From Lingula anatina (Eukaryota; Animalia; Brachiopoda): a stretch of 64,000 nt of DNA. The stretch is from NCBI GenBank assembly GCA_051362555.1, contig CM120646.1, forward strand, positions 18,910,001 to 18,974,000, read 5' to 3'. Made by a program: the position numbers and the translations under genes. The notes beneath the pieces are model-generated. The model did no database searches. It worked only from the letters and a program-made list of their open reading frames with translations, and was not told the origin of the DNA. How positions within the stretch are numbered: position 1 is the stretch's first letter; every line of letters begins with the position of its first letter. Shown one piece after another: positions 1 to 12,639 of this stretch.

Positions 1-601
1 GTTAACTTATTGTGAAATAAATAAAAAAAGGAAATTTGATTAATACCCTAGGCTAAAAAATTTAATGAAATAAGAGAGTGGCTTAATTTAAAAAAAGTTA
101 GATTAAGTAATTGACTGAAATATACCGACGTTTCATTATTAAAAAGAGATACTGAAGCCGGATTAAAACTCTTGAAAAACTTCTTGCTTCCTTTTTAAGT
201 TAAAAGTGTACTTTTACCCAAAAGGTAAAAAAGTTTCCACCAACTACTTTATTGAAAAGGTATATCAAATAAATAAATAAAATAAATAAATGAAAAATGC
301 CATATCAGTATACCCACCCACTTCATCCGATGTATTACAAGGATTGTAGCCGTTTACTGATTCCGCGGACACGGTAAACACTGGTTTTTGTTTGTCAGAA
401 TCTGTAAATAAAATTGCACATAGTAGGTCTAATCCCATGTCTTGGTAGGATATCTGTTGTGTTGAAAATGTGTTTTTGCTATGAAAAGGCACGGATTAGA
501 TTTATTTTGGAGGGTACAATAATTTCTTCTTGTCTAAAAGTTTGCGATGCCTTTTGTCTTAAAATAATTACCAACATATTGGACTTCGGAATACGACTTA
601 C

Positions 602-3226
602 CTAGGTTTGAATTACTTTCCCCCTTTTCTAAGCCAGGGTTATCCAGCCCCGTTTCCATGGAGTTGGTGGTTGCCTTAGAGATATCGTCGAAATGCATGC
701 CGGACTTGGACTCCATTATCTCTTCCTCTCTGTCACGATTGTCATGCCGCGTCCAGAATGTCGTGCGGATCAACTGCAACAAAAATATTTTTAATTCCTT
801 TTAAAAATTACCTTTGAATCTAGTTTAAAAGAAACAGAGCATCTGTCTATCTATCTATCTTACATACTTGTAGTCTCCTTTACGTCGTGTTTGTTGTTTT
901 GTGTGACCAAACAGCAGGCCCACAAATACACGTGTAGACTACACTAGCCCTCAGTCTTGAAATAGATCGGCTTATTTTTATTTCAATGTTTTCAATCATG
1001 CATGTAAAGATATATATTTTAACTATATTAAATTAAAATCTGACAAACGAAGCCATATCAATTATAAAAAAAATGCTTAAAAACTCACGCGTTTCTCTTC
1101 CGGAGCCTCCGTACAGTAACTGATGATGGCAGCGACAATGACAGTCATCCAGAACAAAAGCATGGCAAAGTACATGTCCTGGAAATCCTTGATGATAACC
1201 AGCCTATCGTCGACATCCCCGCACTTCTGTGCGCCTGGCCAAATGGATACGAGGACCAGGCGAGTGACCCCCGTAAGCAAGGCCACCATTAATGCCCAAA
1301 ACACGCCCTGTTTTAGAGAAGAAATAATAATAATAATAATAATAATAATAATTTAAAAATTAACGGCCCTTATATGTCTCAACACTGTGTAGATGCACAA
1401 CATATCCAGTTTTGGATTTTTTTCAAAGGAGAAAGAATAAGTTCCTTCGTCACTTCCTTTCGTATTAAAACTCGGCAAATTCCAAATTCTTCTTTTTCTT
1501 TTTCTTATATTGCTGAAATCCTTACTTGTTTTTATAAGTCATAACCTTTGGAAACGCGTCTTTTTGTAAACACTAAAAGAATAAAGAACAGAAGATATAA
1601 CCAGCACCCTTCAGTTGTTCAACAAATACTTTCTTAAGTTTTGGATGCAATCATTCCGGTATGCCCCAAGGTTCACCATTTTGCATTTGATTTCCTCCTA
1701 CTTAGATGCTACGAGCTGCTAGAATATCCAAAAGACATTTGCACTCACCTGCTCGTTAATTCTGGGCCATACGACCCCAAGGATGAAAATAGCGGCAACA
1801 GGAGGCGCTAGGTAGTTGGTCACCTCTTGGATATAGAAGAACACCTGACCACCTTGCATCTCCTTGACAACCGGTACCCAGGCAACCGCCACAGCCGTCA
1901 TGACGAGCACGAAGACTCTGGAAATACCAGCACATCTGTCACAACTACCAATGTACATACACTGTGTATTGACGAAACAAAATAACTAGCTGAATAAATA
2001 AATAAAAACTTTCATTAAAAAAAGATACCATACATGGTTTGCACTGGCAATACCATATTTTCAAACAAAATGCTGGAAGGATCAAACAAAATTCTTAACT
2101 TAAGAGTACAAACAGTAATTGCATACTTTGGAATGATTACAAGTATTAAACCAAGTATCCATAGTAGAAACTCGGTGTGATCATCATCATCATTATTCTC
2201 ATTATAGTCAGTGACATTTCGATTATATACAAGCCCACCCTCATGTACTTGCAGCCAAAACGTTAAGAGTCTTTGCTCCAAAACTTGCATTTAGTGTCTT
2301 TTGTGTGACATTCTTAAAAGTTAATGATTTTATGCACGAGACATCGGGAAATGCTTAGATGTATACGTTTACCTACCGTCCCACTATCATTAACTCCCGC
2401 ACTGTTGCTTGCTTACGGAACCGTTTCCAGACGTCAATGGTGAACAGTGTGCTGGCACTGTTAAAGATGGAGTCCAGATCACTCATCAGAGCAGCGATCA
2501 TCACCGCCATCATTAGTCCTCTAAGACCTGATTAACGAATCGTCACTTGTTTTAGTTATTTGAGGCGTTGATATGAAAATTCATCATATTTAATTGATGG
2601 GTGTTATAAACTACGTGTACATGTACAAAGTCCTGCTGCGATGACTAAATTCACACATGATTTTATGCATGAATTATTTTTTTCTTTGGCACTTGATAAC
2701 GACACAACTCCTGTGACGTCAAATTGATAGAGGCACTCTTTGCGTCACATGTTCAACGTTGGTTGTCATCGTGACGTCATATAATTTAAGAGAGCTCACC
2801 GATGGGCATGACTCCCAGTACCAGTTTAGGGTAGGCAATGTTAGTGCAACCCGCATAGCTTTGGCAAATTTTGTAACATTCTTCTGGATCAGCACATGCC
2901 ACTTCATCTACAAAAATAAAAAAAAAAAAAAAAAAAACAATCCAATAATAAATAAATAAATAAATTTAGAAAATAAAAAAGTATCGCATAACATTTCTGT
3001 TGCAGTGAAGGAATGATGGGAGGGGCGCAATAGGCTAAGTATTCCCTTCATTTCGAAGGCACCCTATTCTATTCCCCTTTCCTCCAAAACTTTCTTTCCA
3101 TTAGACTTTTGTATATTTTCCGTGAGAGCTATGTGTTTCACTCTTGCATTTTTAAACTTTTTAAAGTGTTGTAGATCAATATTTATACTCGATTGATTAG
3201 AGCTAGGTAAATCATATTCTTGCTTT

Positions 3227-3290
<64 letters not shown>

Positions 3291-6200
3291 ATCAATAAAT
3301 CAATAAAAGCTCACTTGGGTAGAACACCCTGCTGATCATGCCTGGCATCACCATCATGAACAGCGGGAGTATCTTGATGAATCCCGCCATAAGTGTCGCC
3401 CCCTGTGCGTGGGAAAGACTCTTAGCAGCCAGCGCTCTCTGGACGATAACCTGGGAATACATTGCAGATAACCCACTGATAAGAGTCCATTTAAAAGATT
3501 TTAATTAAAATTACGAATTTTGCCTCCGCGTTAGTTACATACTTCATGGACATGTACCGCAGCTCGAAAATTATCAAAAAAAGTCCAAAGTAAACGTTTT
3601 CATGCTAACGTTATGATTTCATAGCCTGTACTTTGCCCATCCGGAATAATACGTACTTCAGAGTTAAATAAATCTGATTTTTTTAAAAGGTTGGAATAAT
3701 ATGCTTGCTTGCGTGAGTGCGTGCACAAACATGCGTAATCCCTGTGCCCTGTGCCCGTCTGAAAACAAATTCTCTTCCACACACCTGGTCGCTGCACCAA
3801 TACCAGATGGAGCCAGGGGTCTGCCCAAAGAGGAACCCCGCCCATGGCATGTCGTTATCCCTGGCTTCCTTCAGCATCTGGAAGGCGTTGGACGGAGGGA
3901 TGCCGCAGGTCTGATTGGGGACCAGTTTTGTAGGTATGGCCTGTGGGAAGGTGCGAACCAGTTCACCGTAGCCTCCAAGTTTCCAGAAACCTGAAATTGT
4001 AAAAAAAAAGTAAACAAGATGTATGTAACTGCGACATGTATTTAATTTGTCTTTAAAATATATATTCTGTAGAATATTTATAACTAGATGTGTATCATTA
4101 AACTTAAACCTTAGGTTAAACATTGCATTTTAGCAAAAAAGAAACGTTAAAATTATTTAGCACCCTTACCAGGAATTGCATAAGTCAACTTTTAAGTTGT
4201 AAGACTTTAAAAAAGTTAAAATTACTGAAGACAATCTGTTAAGGTGTGTACTCACTCATTCCCATCAGAGTGAGGGCGCCCCCTACCATCAAAAACGCCT
4301 GTAATGTGTCGGTATATATAACAGCAGTCAAACCACCTGTGTTGGAAAAATAGACAAAAAACTCTGAACAATATGTTTATTATATGGCTGCGACAAAAAA
4401 ATGACGTCGTCATGAATATTACAAATATACCCATAGTGCGCCCACGGAATGGCAAATTGTAATGAAGGAAAGTCTTAGCTAGCACAATCAACTGATTTCT
4501 TTCAAATGCTTTAATGGCGTATTGATTATGTCATAATTAGGTAAATCTGCAATTTGTATCTTTGGGTGACTGAAATATTCCTAAATATTTAAACTCATTT
4601 TAATTAAAATTATTAACAATGACCACGCAGTGATGTTTTACGCCATGCAGGCGTTTTTGCTGCTAATTTAAAAGAGATTAATGCACTAGATTTTTGCTAA
4701 CTACCCATGAAAAAGAAATAAATCTTATTCACTTTTCAGAGAAACGTGATATCATTTCGTGTCTGAAACGCAATTAATATCTTGTACATAGATGTAAGGC
4801 TTACATATGCAACGTTCACAATATTCAAGCTGCATTAACATATCTTCATCTAGGTCATTCGCTATATATAAAATCATTGATATTCGGAACCAAGCACGAA
4901 GATTCTAAATGACATGAGACTGCAATGAATCTCCTTCAGTCTGTTAAAAAAAACTATGTTGAATGTAGTTTTTTATGTAGATGAAATGAACATTAGGCGT
5001 TCAAGAAAGTGTATCACAACCGGCTCCAAATCCGATTTAATGGTACGTTTTGCACTACAGATTCGCCCTCCGTGTTTTTAAGCATTTTTTAAAAATGTGA
5101 TTAATCCAGTAATGAATAAATAGTCGTTTTCAAAAGAAGAAACACGTATATTTTTTTCTTTCTTTTTCTTCTTTTGCATTTATGCAAACTCAATGCGTAG
5201 GCATTAAAATGACGCACATAATACATTGACGAGAGCGTGTTTAGTAGGTCCATTTGTTATCGATAATATTTTTAGCAACTGAGATGACAGAGTTAAAACA
5301 CAACTATATATATCCACGTATTTATATGAATGCCCAGGCCCGTAGCCAGATATTTCAAAGGAATGTTCTTTTTCTGAAAAGTGGACCTTTTACCATGACA
5401 CCTTCGTCTATTTAGATCAAATTTTACTCAGAATGGACCATTTTCCCTCAAAAGGCGGTTCGTTAATACCCGCCTACCCCCGAACTCTCTGGATACAGGC
5501 CTGATACACATTTGCGTATATGCATATTTACTGTATATGCATGTGTGTATTTACATATGCATCAGTGGAGCCAACCTGTAATCGTCAGGATAGCAGTGAC
5601 CAGAATAAGGACCAGGATGCTCAGGTAAAGGTCCCACTTCAGCGACTGTTGTATGAACAAGCCACCGGTATACAGATCCACCTGAAAGCGAAACACTGAT
5701 ATCTCACTGATATAGGTACTCTTTGAAAAAAAAAAAGAAAAAAAAAAAAAACGGTTGTCTCTTTACACCTTCGTCCTAAAATTGACTAGTGAATTATTTG
5801 TATTCCTTACTCTCGTGTATAGTGTGTATATCAGTCCATACGACCCCCGAATTTACAGCACCACTTTCCTGGTAAGTATGTAGCATTTGAGAAAATATGA
5901 AATAATATGAAAATTAATTTACTCCAAAGCTCATAAATAATCCATTAGGAATTAATGTAATAAGGATCACTGAAGAAAATTTGGGATGCACTCACGGAAC
6001 ATTTTGTAAAGATATACAATATCAGCGAGAGGAAAGTGATATAGACTCGGAGTCGACTTCCGCCAAACCTCTTCTTCAGGTACTCGGGCATTGTGTATGT
6101 CTGGGTAGAAAAAAGAAAACGTATCAGCCGTTTTTCACGTTATAGTTTTTTTTTAATTCGTAACCAATATTTTACTTACCCACACATGATGGGTGTAGTT

Positions 6201-8229
6201 AACATTAGTTGTTTGGTAATTTTAATTATTAAAATACAAGGAATGTCATTTCTCTCTTGTGCTCACTAGTATATTTCATGTGAATGCCTTCTGTAATATG
6301 ACTATTGTGAGCAAAATTTGCTGTCCCATGAGGTAATACACACAATGCTAACTTTCTCTCCATCTCACTTAAATGAATGCGAAGTAGCAAAATTTATTTA
6401 ACAAGAATTCGCCTGTAAAAAATGTAATGCCTTACATGAAGGGTTATTCTTCTATACTCTCTACGATAATCATCCGTGCTGGTGTTTTGTCACAGAGAAT
6501 TATTTGAATGAAAGCGGCTGTAATTTCATTTTTTTTTTTTTTGTAGTTTGGTCTTAACTCTAGGACTAAAATTTTGATCTATTCCAGTTGAAGATAGCCT
6601 ACTAGTAAATATATATTGCAGTATAAAGTGTATATTTCTTGTAAAACAGGCTCATTATATATTGGACTACCTCTGATTTATCTTTGGTTAAAGGAGAATA
6701 AATTTTTGTCTAAAAGTTCAGATCAATTGCCAGTCTTTCATTTATCTTCTTTTTTTTTTTTAATTATCTGCTGAAAAACACATAACCCAGGTTGCCGGAT
6801 TACAAAGCAGCCCCTGATTTCAGGGTGTACTTACCCCGCATGCTATGTACACTGGAATAAACACCCAGCCCAGCAACTGGAGAAGCAGAATGGCCTAGAG
6901 AGTGGGAAATATTACATGCATTACATAATATTGACTGTCGTGGGTTTATTTTTCATTAAAATATCAATCATTAAATTCTGTTTTTTGTTTAGAATTAAAA
7001 TTTTAATTTCTTTGAAAATAAAGTTATTACTTGTTTGAAGAAGTGCATATGGGTCGGTTGCACCTACAGTGTACCCTAGGTTCTAGATTTTAGTATTGCC
7101 AGGAGTTGGGGAAGAGGCCAGTTTAGGAAAAGCATAGGCTGCCCAGCGTGTCCATACTTTAAACTGGGTCTGAAACAATTTGTTTGGAGTATGTCTTAAA
7201 ACGGTGTGACCTTAACCGATGCTACTGGGGAATCTGAGCCCTTAGTTTTAATACTTACTATGAACTCCCATGCGCCCACACCTATACCACCAGCCGCTCC
7301 CGACCCTGCCAATCCTATGAAGTGTTCACTACCGATATTACTCACAAACAAGGATGCACCAACCTATAACCGGATGGAACAAATGCATGTATTATAAATA
7401 TGGTTACAAACTGACAGTGATTTGATATTTATACATGTTTTAACATAAGGGTTACGATTACAATGTGCGGCACACTTGACATTATTTTTGTATTTACTTT
7501 CTCATTGTCTGAAATGAAAGTAATTTTCTACATAAGTAAGCTGAAAAATAGATAAAAATGCAGAACTGCTGTATATAAATCAATGCACCAAGTGCAAAAT
7601 TTACAAAAGGCAGTAAATTCCAAGATGGCCGCCCAAACATTGTGTAGTGTGTGCTGAAACTGACCGGTAAGAACGTCATGGAGCGTCCAGCAAGGAAGTA
7701 TCCACTGACTGTCCCTCTTGAAGCTCGACACATGGCCTGAGAATGAAGAATTCAAAATGACAAACATTTTCTTCTCTCTCTTTCTAGCACATATCAGAAT
7801 TTCAACAAATTCCCACTCCTGCATATAAATTTATTATTAAATATGCTCATTTCCTGTTTGATAAAATCGATAAAATTCAAGGTGGTGGCTTAAGTAGATT
7901 ATACAGGTACAGATTAATAAACGGCATATATGCTTTATGCATTTAGATCAAGAGCATCCATGTTAAAGCTGATCCATTCATACTGTGTAAAATGTATGGT
8001 CATAGACACGGTAAAATCCGCTGTTACCCTAAATAATAATAATAATAATAATGATAATAATAATAATAATGTTACTTACAAATATTCCCACACAAATGAC
8101 AGCACAGAAGTAAACACCAACCACTACAAGGTCCCAAGAAGCCAGACCTTCATTGGCTGGATACAGATTATACGGATTGTCGTCTGTCACCCCAGTCGTC
8201 ATGGTAACGGTATCGGCTGTCGTTGCCAT
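602..8229 (-). CDS. SLC5A3: Sodium/myo-inositol cotransporter-like (SLC5/SSS family, SMIT1-like), copy A; 14 coding exons in window, terminal exon just beyond left edge
   Basis: Exons with GT-AG sites and consistent phases: 8080-8229, 7665-7736, 7259-7363, 6835-6894, 5996-6100, 5576-5681, 4256-4336, 3785-3990, 3315-3450, 2800-2907, 2377-2527, 1749-1917, 1089-1307, 602-773. Motifs: [80 protein letters not shown], and the SMIT1-type [16 protein letters not shown]. No stop or frameshift seen. The symbol means SLC5A3-like; orthology was not tested. Confidence 0.92.
5335..5503. mobile_element. Short MITE-like element with imperfect CAGG-terminal inverted repeats (hAT-like ends) in SLC5 intron 6
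   Basis: Left end caggcccgtagccaga; right end tctggatacaggcctg (reverse complement caggcctgtatccaga). No clear 8-bp TSD. A decayed equivalent lies at ~18633-18800 in copy B. Confidence 0.5.
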
Positions 8230-9067
8230 TTTACGGCGGGTTGAAACGTTTTGTTATCTGAAAAAAAAATGATGAAAAGGAAGAGGCAGCACGCACGCTC
8301 GTCTTCAAGTCACAGTTCACTGTTAACCCAATAATTAATTGTTAACTTAGTTTTTCACACGATATACGCAGAAAACGCAAACCGATGGCCAACATACAAC
8401 CGTAGATCAGTGCGCCAGCTAATAAGGGTTGAAATCAATCCGAAGCCGTCCACGGGTTCAGCTTTCGAATTCCAATGTCAGATAGTACTAGGGGTATATG
8501 AACTAGGAGGGGAAGGATCGAACGCCTCATAAATCACTGTTAAAATTGTTTATAAACTGCGACATGTGCCATATTCAGAACAGAAATGCGTGAAGCACGA
8601 CATTTTAAAATCAACGCACAAATTAAAATATAAAAATACAGCAAAATAAAGTGAGATGCGATAAAATTCTGTTAAATATCTTAGTATGTTAATATGGCTC
8701 TCTGGCGAATTACATCGAGCTTTAAACATGGCTGCATTTGAAGAACGACGAGGTGCAATCTTAATAATGTGCACATTTCTGAAAAGTGACGTTTATGGTT
8801 TTGAAAATCCCACTTTGTGACCACAAGACATTCGTCTTACGTACTGCATGTCAAAAGGTTGTTAGTACCTTGCACTATAGTGGGTGGGTAGTATACTGCT
8901 GCTACTGCATAAACCAGTACTTTCACCATGGCTATGAATTCAGCCAAACAATCTTTTTGAAAGTAAATAAAAACATCATGCAGCAGCGACAGATAAGGTA
9001 GTCCTACATGCAAGTATGTGGCAATCGTATACACCGAGAGAAATTAAGTTCACAGTGGAGACTTACC

Positions 9068-9150
9068 TTGCACCTTTAGGGCAGATTTAGAGTTGAGCGA
9101 CTTTCCGTGTTGACAGCAACTATACGCGACATAAAGCGAGGCCTTCATAA
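9068..9150 (-). promoter_or_regulatory. Probable 5'-UTR exon / proximal promoter of SLC5 copy A
   Basis: The ATG exon is preceded by an acceptor (ttttcag, ~8258-8264), so an upstream non-coding exon is needed. A strong donor CAAG|gtaagt sits at 9061-9071 in a block conserved with copy B (~23147-23294). The upstream boundary is approximate. Confidence 0.4.
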
Positions 9151-9595
9151 AAAACTAATAAACCACCAATGTTCTGACACACCTTAGGCCACACTATATT
9201 GACGCTGATGGGTTGCCACTTCAACTGGGATAAAATGTTAAAATTTTCAAACGTGAGATCTATTTTCTTAACACATTAGATTCCGTTTTTATGCCTATTG
9301 CACTCCTATGCCATTTTTGGTGTTAAGCTGACTAGATGCCGATTTGCACCAGTAACAGTGTGTAACATCACCATATGCCTGACAATAGCAAACATCTATT
9401 TTTTATAACGTAATCTCTTCGAAATGATAAAACTGAGGTAAGTTAGGAAATCAATCAAAACTCCACCTAGCATACAGAAGAGATGATTTAAAACTGCATT
9501 AAGATAAATGGATTAATCTTTTCTAAGTGGTTTATTAGTTTTCTATTGATGGCATAAATCTATTTTTCTTTTCAGGACGGCGTTGCAAATTAAAA

Positions 9596-9597
<2 letters not shown>

Positions 9598-9670
<73 letters not shown>
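9598..9670. repeat. (TA)n microsatellite flanking the left TIR of the Tc1 element
   Basis: Read directly from the sequence. Other (TA)n tracts at ~11333-11355, 15160-15225, 22544-22592, 57558-57606 and 61649-61684. Confidence 0.95.
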
Positions 9671-9674
<4 letters not shown>

Positions 9675-11332
9675 CTTGACATTTAATATGGAATATTTCA
9701 GTTTGAAAGGTATGCCTAGGTAAAAATGCGTTCTTTTTTTCATAAAACTCAGATCTCATATAAGATATCTGACTGGATAAGTGTGAAGTCAGGTGTGTCG
9801 CTACCAATTAACTGACTACCAAGTCTGTTGCACTGCTGCATTGTGTAATATGCGGTGATTTAATTGGGTAGTGCTCCTTTAGGTTGGTCAAAGCTTGGCT
9901 TTGGCAAAGCATGGTTCTGTCAAAAAAGTATCCATATGTCGGCAACTACTGCATAGAAGAATTTGAAATTTTGCACGTAAGCGGTCAGTTTTGCAGTGCG
10001 TAAAATGAGTCAAACAATGTTTTACAGAAATGTTAATCTGTGCCAGAATGGCGCGAAAAAAACAGACATTGCCAGACAGATTATTGTGTCAAACGGAATA
10101 GTCTGCACAGTTTTATGAAGTTATGCCCAGACTGATGTACCTACACAGAGACCACGCCCAATGTATCGACATCTTACCACCAGGGCACAGGATTCACCGT
10201 CCTTCAGGATATGCTGCTGCAACTAAACAAAACCCACCCAGTCCGTTCAGAATGAGGGGCAAATTGTGACCAAAACGCGTTTTTCAAGGCTCTTAGCGAA
10301 TATCAAACTGGTTTTAGCAGGTTAGAAAACCAAACGACCTCTGAGGAAGCCACTGTAAACAGCAGAACAGCGTCGTCTGTTTCTCTAATGAATTGAGGAC
10401 CATGACCGTTTCTGGGTAGAACACTGAAACCGCGTGGCTTTCTTTATTGAGGTCAGATTTCACCTGTACCGCTTAACTGGTTAAAACAGAGTTTACAGAC
10501 ATCCTGCAGAGGCCTACGACAAGGCGTGTGCCGCTTCTAAAGTGACTAGGGTCATTGACAGCGTCAGTATTTGGGGTGAATACCACATTGGTGCCAAAAC
10601 ACCAATGATAGTCATCGACGAAAACCTGAACCAGATCAAATAAAGGGATAATCTGGGAACCACTTGACTATCATTTGATAGGGGGGAACTTAGGAACAAT
10701 TTTAGGTTGCACGATGAGAGTGCCGGTTCACACAGCGCACTTTTAATGGCAGATTTCTTACAGAACCAAGGGAATGAGCAGATACATTGGTCATCAAAAT
10801 CGCCATATTTGAACCACATAGACAATACATGGGTAGGTTATTACTCTCCGAATTAACGGCCTACATGTCCTACAACAAAACTGAACCAAATTGGACAGGT
10901 TTTGACCGTTGCCTGGAATTTTTTTCCATATTAAACTCTAAAAACCTATCCTAAGGAATGCCTTGCCACTTGAAAGCTCTGGTAGCAGCCAGATGAGGTC
11001 AGGTGTAACAGTAACCGTTGCTGTGACAAGACACTAACATGAGGGTCCTTTGGGGGGCGCAAAACTCTTTTAAAGACGATAATTTCGAAAATATGGAGAT
11101 CCAAAATATCGCTTTCAATGGTTGTCGTACGACTTAAAATAGGCAATGCATTTTTGTTTGCTTCACTGGCGAATTCAATTAATGAACTGATGTCACAATG
11201 ACATCAAAGAGATAGATAAAAGTTATAAAAACACGATTTTAATCCTTATTTTCATTTATCAGTCATGAAAATATGAAAAAAACCAATGAAAAATAATTTG
11301 GAAAAAATATTCCATATTAAATGTCAAGTCTG
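9671..11332 (+). mobile_element. Decayed Tc1/mariner DNA transposon (1662 bp) with 28-bp perfect TIRs
   Basis: TIR cagacttgacatttaatatggaatattt at 9671-9698 and its exact reverse complement at 11305-11332, with TA on both sides. Degenerate transposase motifs on +: FSNELR (~10381, cf. FSDESR), GAKTPMIVIDENLN (~10590-10630), LHDESAGSH (~10707, cf. QDNARPH), WSSKSPYLNHIDNTW (~10788-10832, cf. WPSKSPDLNPIENxW). Contains stops and frameshifts. Confidence 0.9.
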
Positions 11333-12639
11333 TATATATATATATATATATATATCCCCATCCTAATGGCCCTCAAAAAGCAATTTTTAACGGATTTTCC
11401 AGGTGTTAAGTTTTTTATCTGGCTTAACCGACCTTTGATCCTCCTTTCTTGATTCTCCATCTCTGGGAAAAATTTTTGAGCCATTAAACTTAAATTCCGA
11501 CACCCCATTCCCCAATTTCAGCCATCAATTTATTTTATAATATTACTCCGTTTTCAGTGTTTTGTACCGGAATAATGATACATCTATTTAAAAACTGTTT
11601 ACAAGTATTGTATATGTAAATAATTCGTACGTTAGTCCATACAACAGAAAAATGTCAGTATAAGCTTTTTTTGAGAATTTACACAAAAAATCAGTGTATA
11701 TACATGAATTAATTTACAAGCAACATAGAAACCCAGTTTCAGATTATTTTTTCATCTCATATGATCAATGAATCGATTTTGTTCACAATATGTGGAAATT
11801 TTGATTATTTAGAAGAGCAGTTGGACTAAATGGAATTAATGGAATCTGCTCATTACCTGATGATTTTAGAAGATTCAATGCCATATATGTTGCATCAAAT
11901 ACTATAATAATAGGTTTTGGCAAATAAATTATTCATCTTTTATAGACTCTTGCTAAAGTGATGGATTATATTGTAAATTTGAGATATAATTCTCATTTCA
12001 AAGTCATCTGTGATTCTTGTCACAAAATATAGCTGGTGTATATGATGTTGCTGGCTTTAACATTGGCCGATGAACAATTTTTAAGTTACATACATACATT
12101 GGACAATAGAAGTGTCACCCCTACTGAACAAATACTGGACCGAATGGCAGGCCACGTGTAAGTATGTTGTTGAATTCAATTGTTGGGTTAATATTTCCTT
12201 GCTTTTGGTTTGTAATAAACACAAAGCTTCATTGCATTAGATGTGCCTGCAATTTTCATGTGAAAATGCATAGGTCTCAACTAAGCAAATGATGCACCTG
12301 TCCAATACAAAAGATGTCTTTAGTCTATGAGCCAAAGGCCAAAAAATCCAGTTTGGCTGCACAACCAATTAGGCAAAGGCTTTATGATTAATTCTTGTAG
12401 TTAAGAACCTGAATTTTGAATTTCTTTTTGTTCTTGAAAAAGTGTCCGTTTGTACCGGAAACGCAAAATCCAAGATGGCCGCCAATATATTAATTTGTCA
12501 TATGTAAATACAAAAATTGATTTTAAAGTTACTTAACAATCGACCACTGCAGTAGTCACAGTGATATCCTATTCAGACCGTGTTTTGTACAATTCAGTCA
12601 TTGGCGAGTGTATTGTATTAATGTATATATTGTATTAAT

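Noticed and set aside
9535-9807. ORFs with YIYIYI, CVCVCV, HTHT or poly-I/K/F runs, here and at 15085, 22373, 29183-29539, 47816, 54484, 57423 and 61499
   Set aside because: Translations of (TA)n, (GT)n, (AAT)n or poly(A) microsatellites.
11356-12639. Possible second transposon remnant, including the aaaatccaagatggccgcc motif also seen at ~7616 and ~21335
   Set aside because: No termini or coding motif found; the short motif is common in invertebrate repeats and resembles a YY1 site, so it is not diagnostic.
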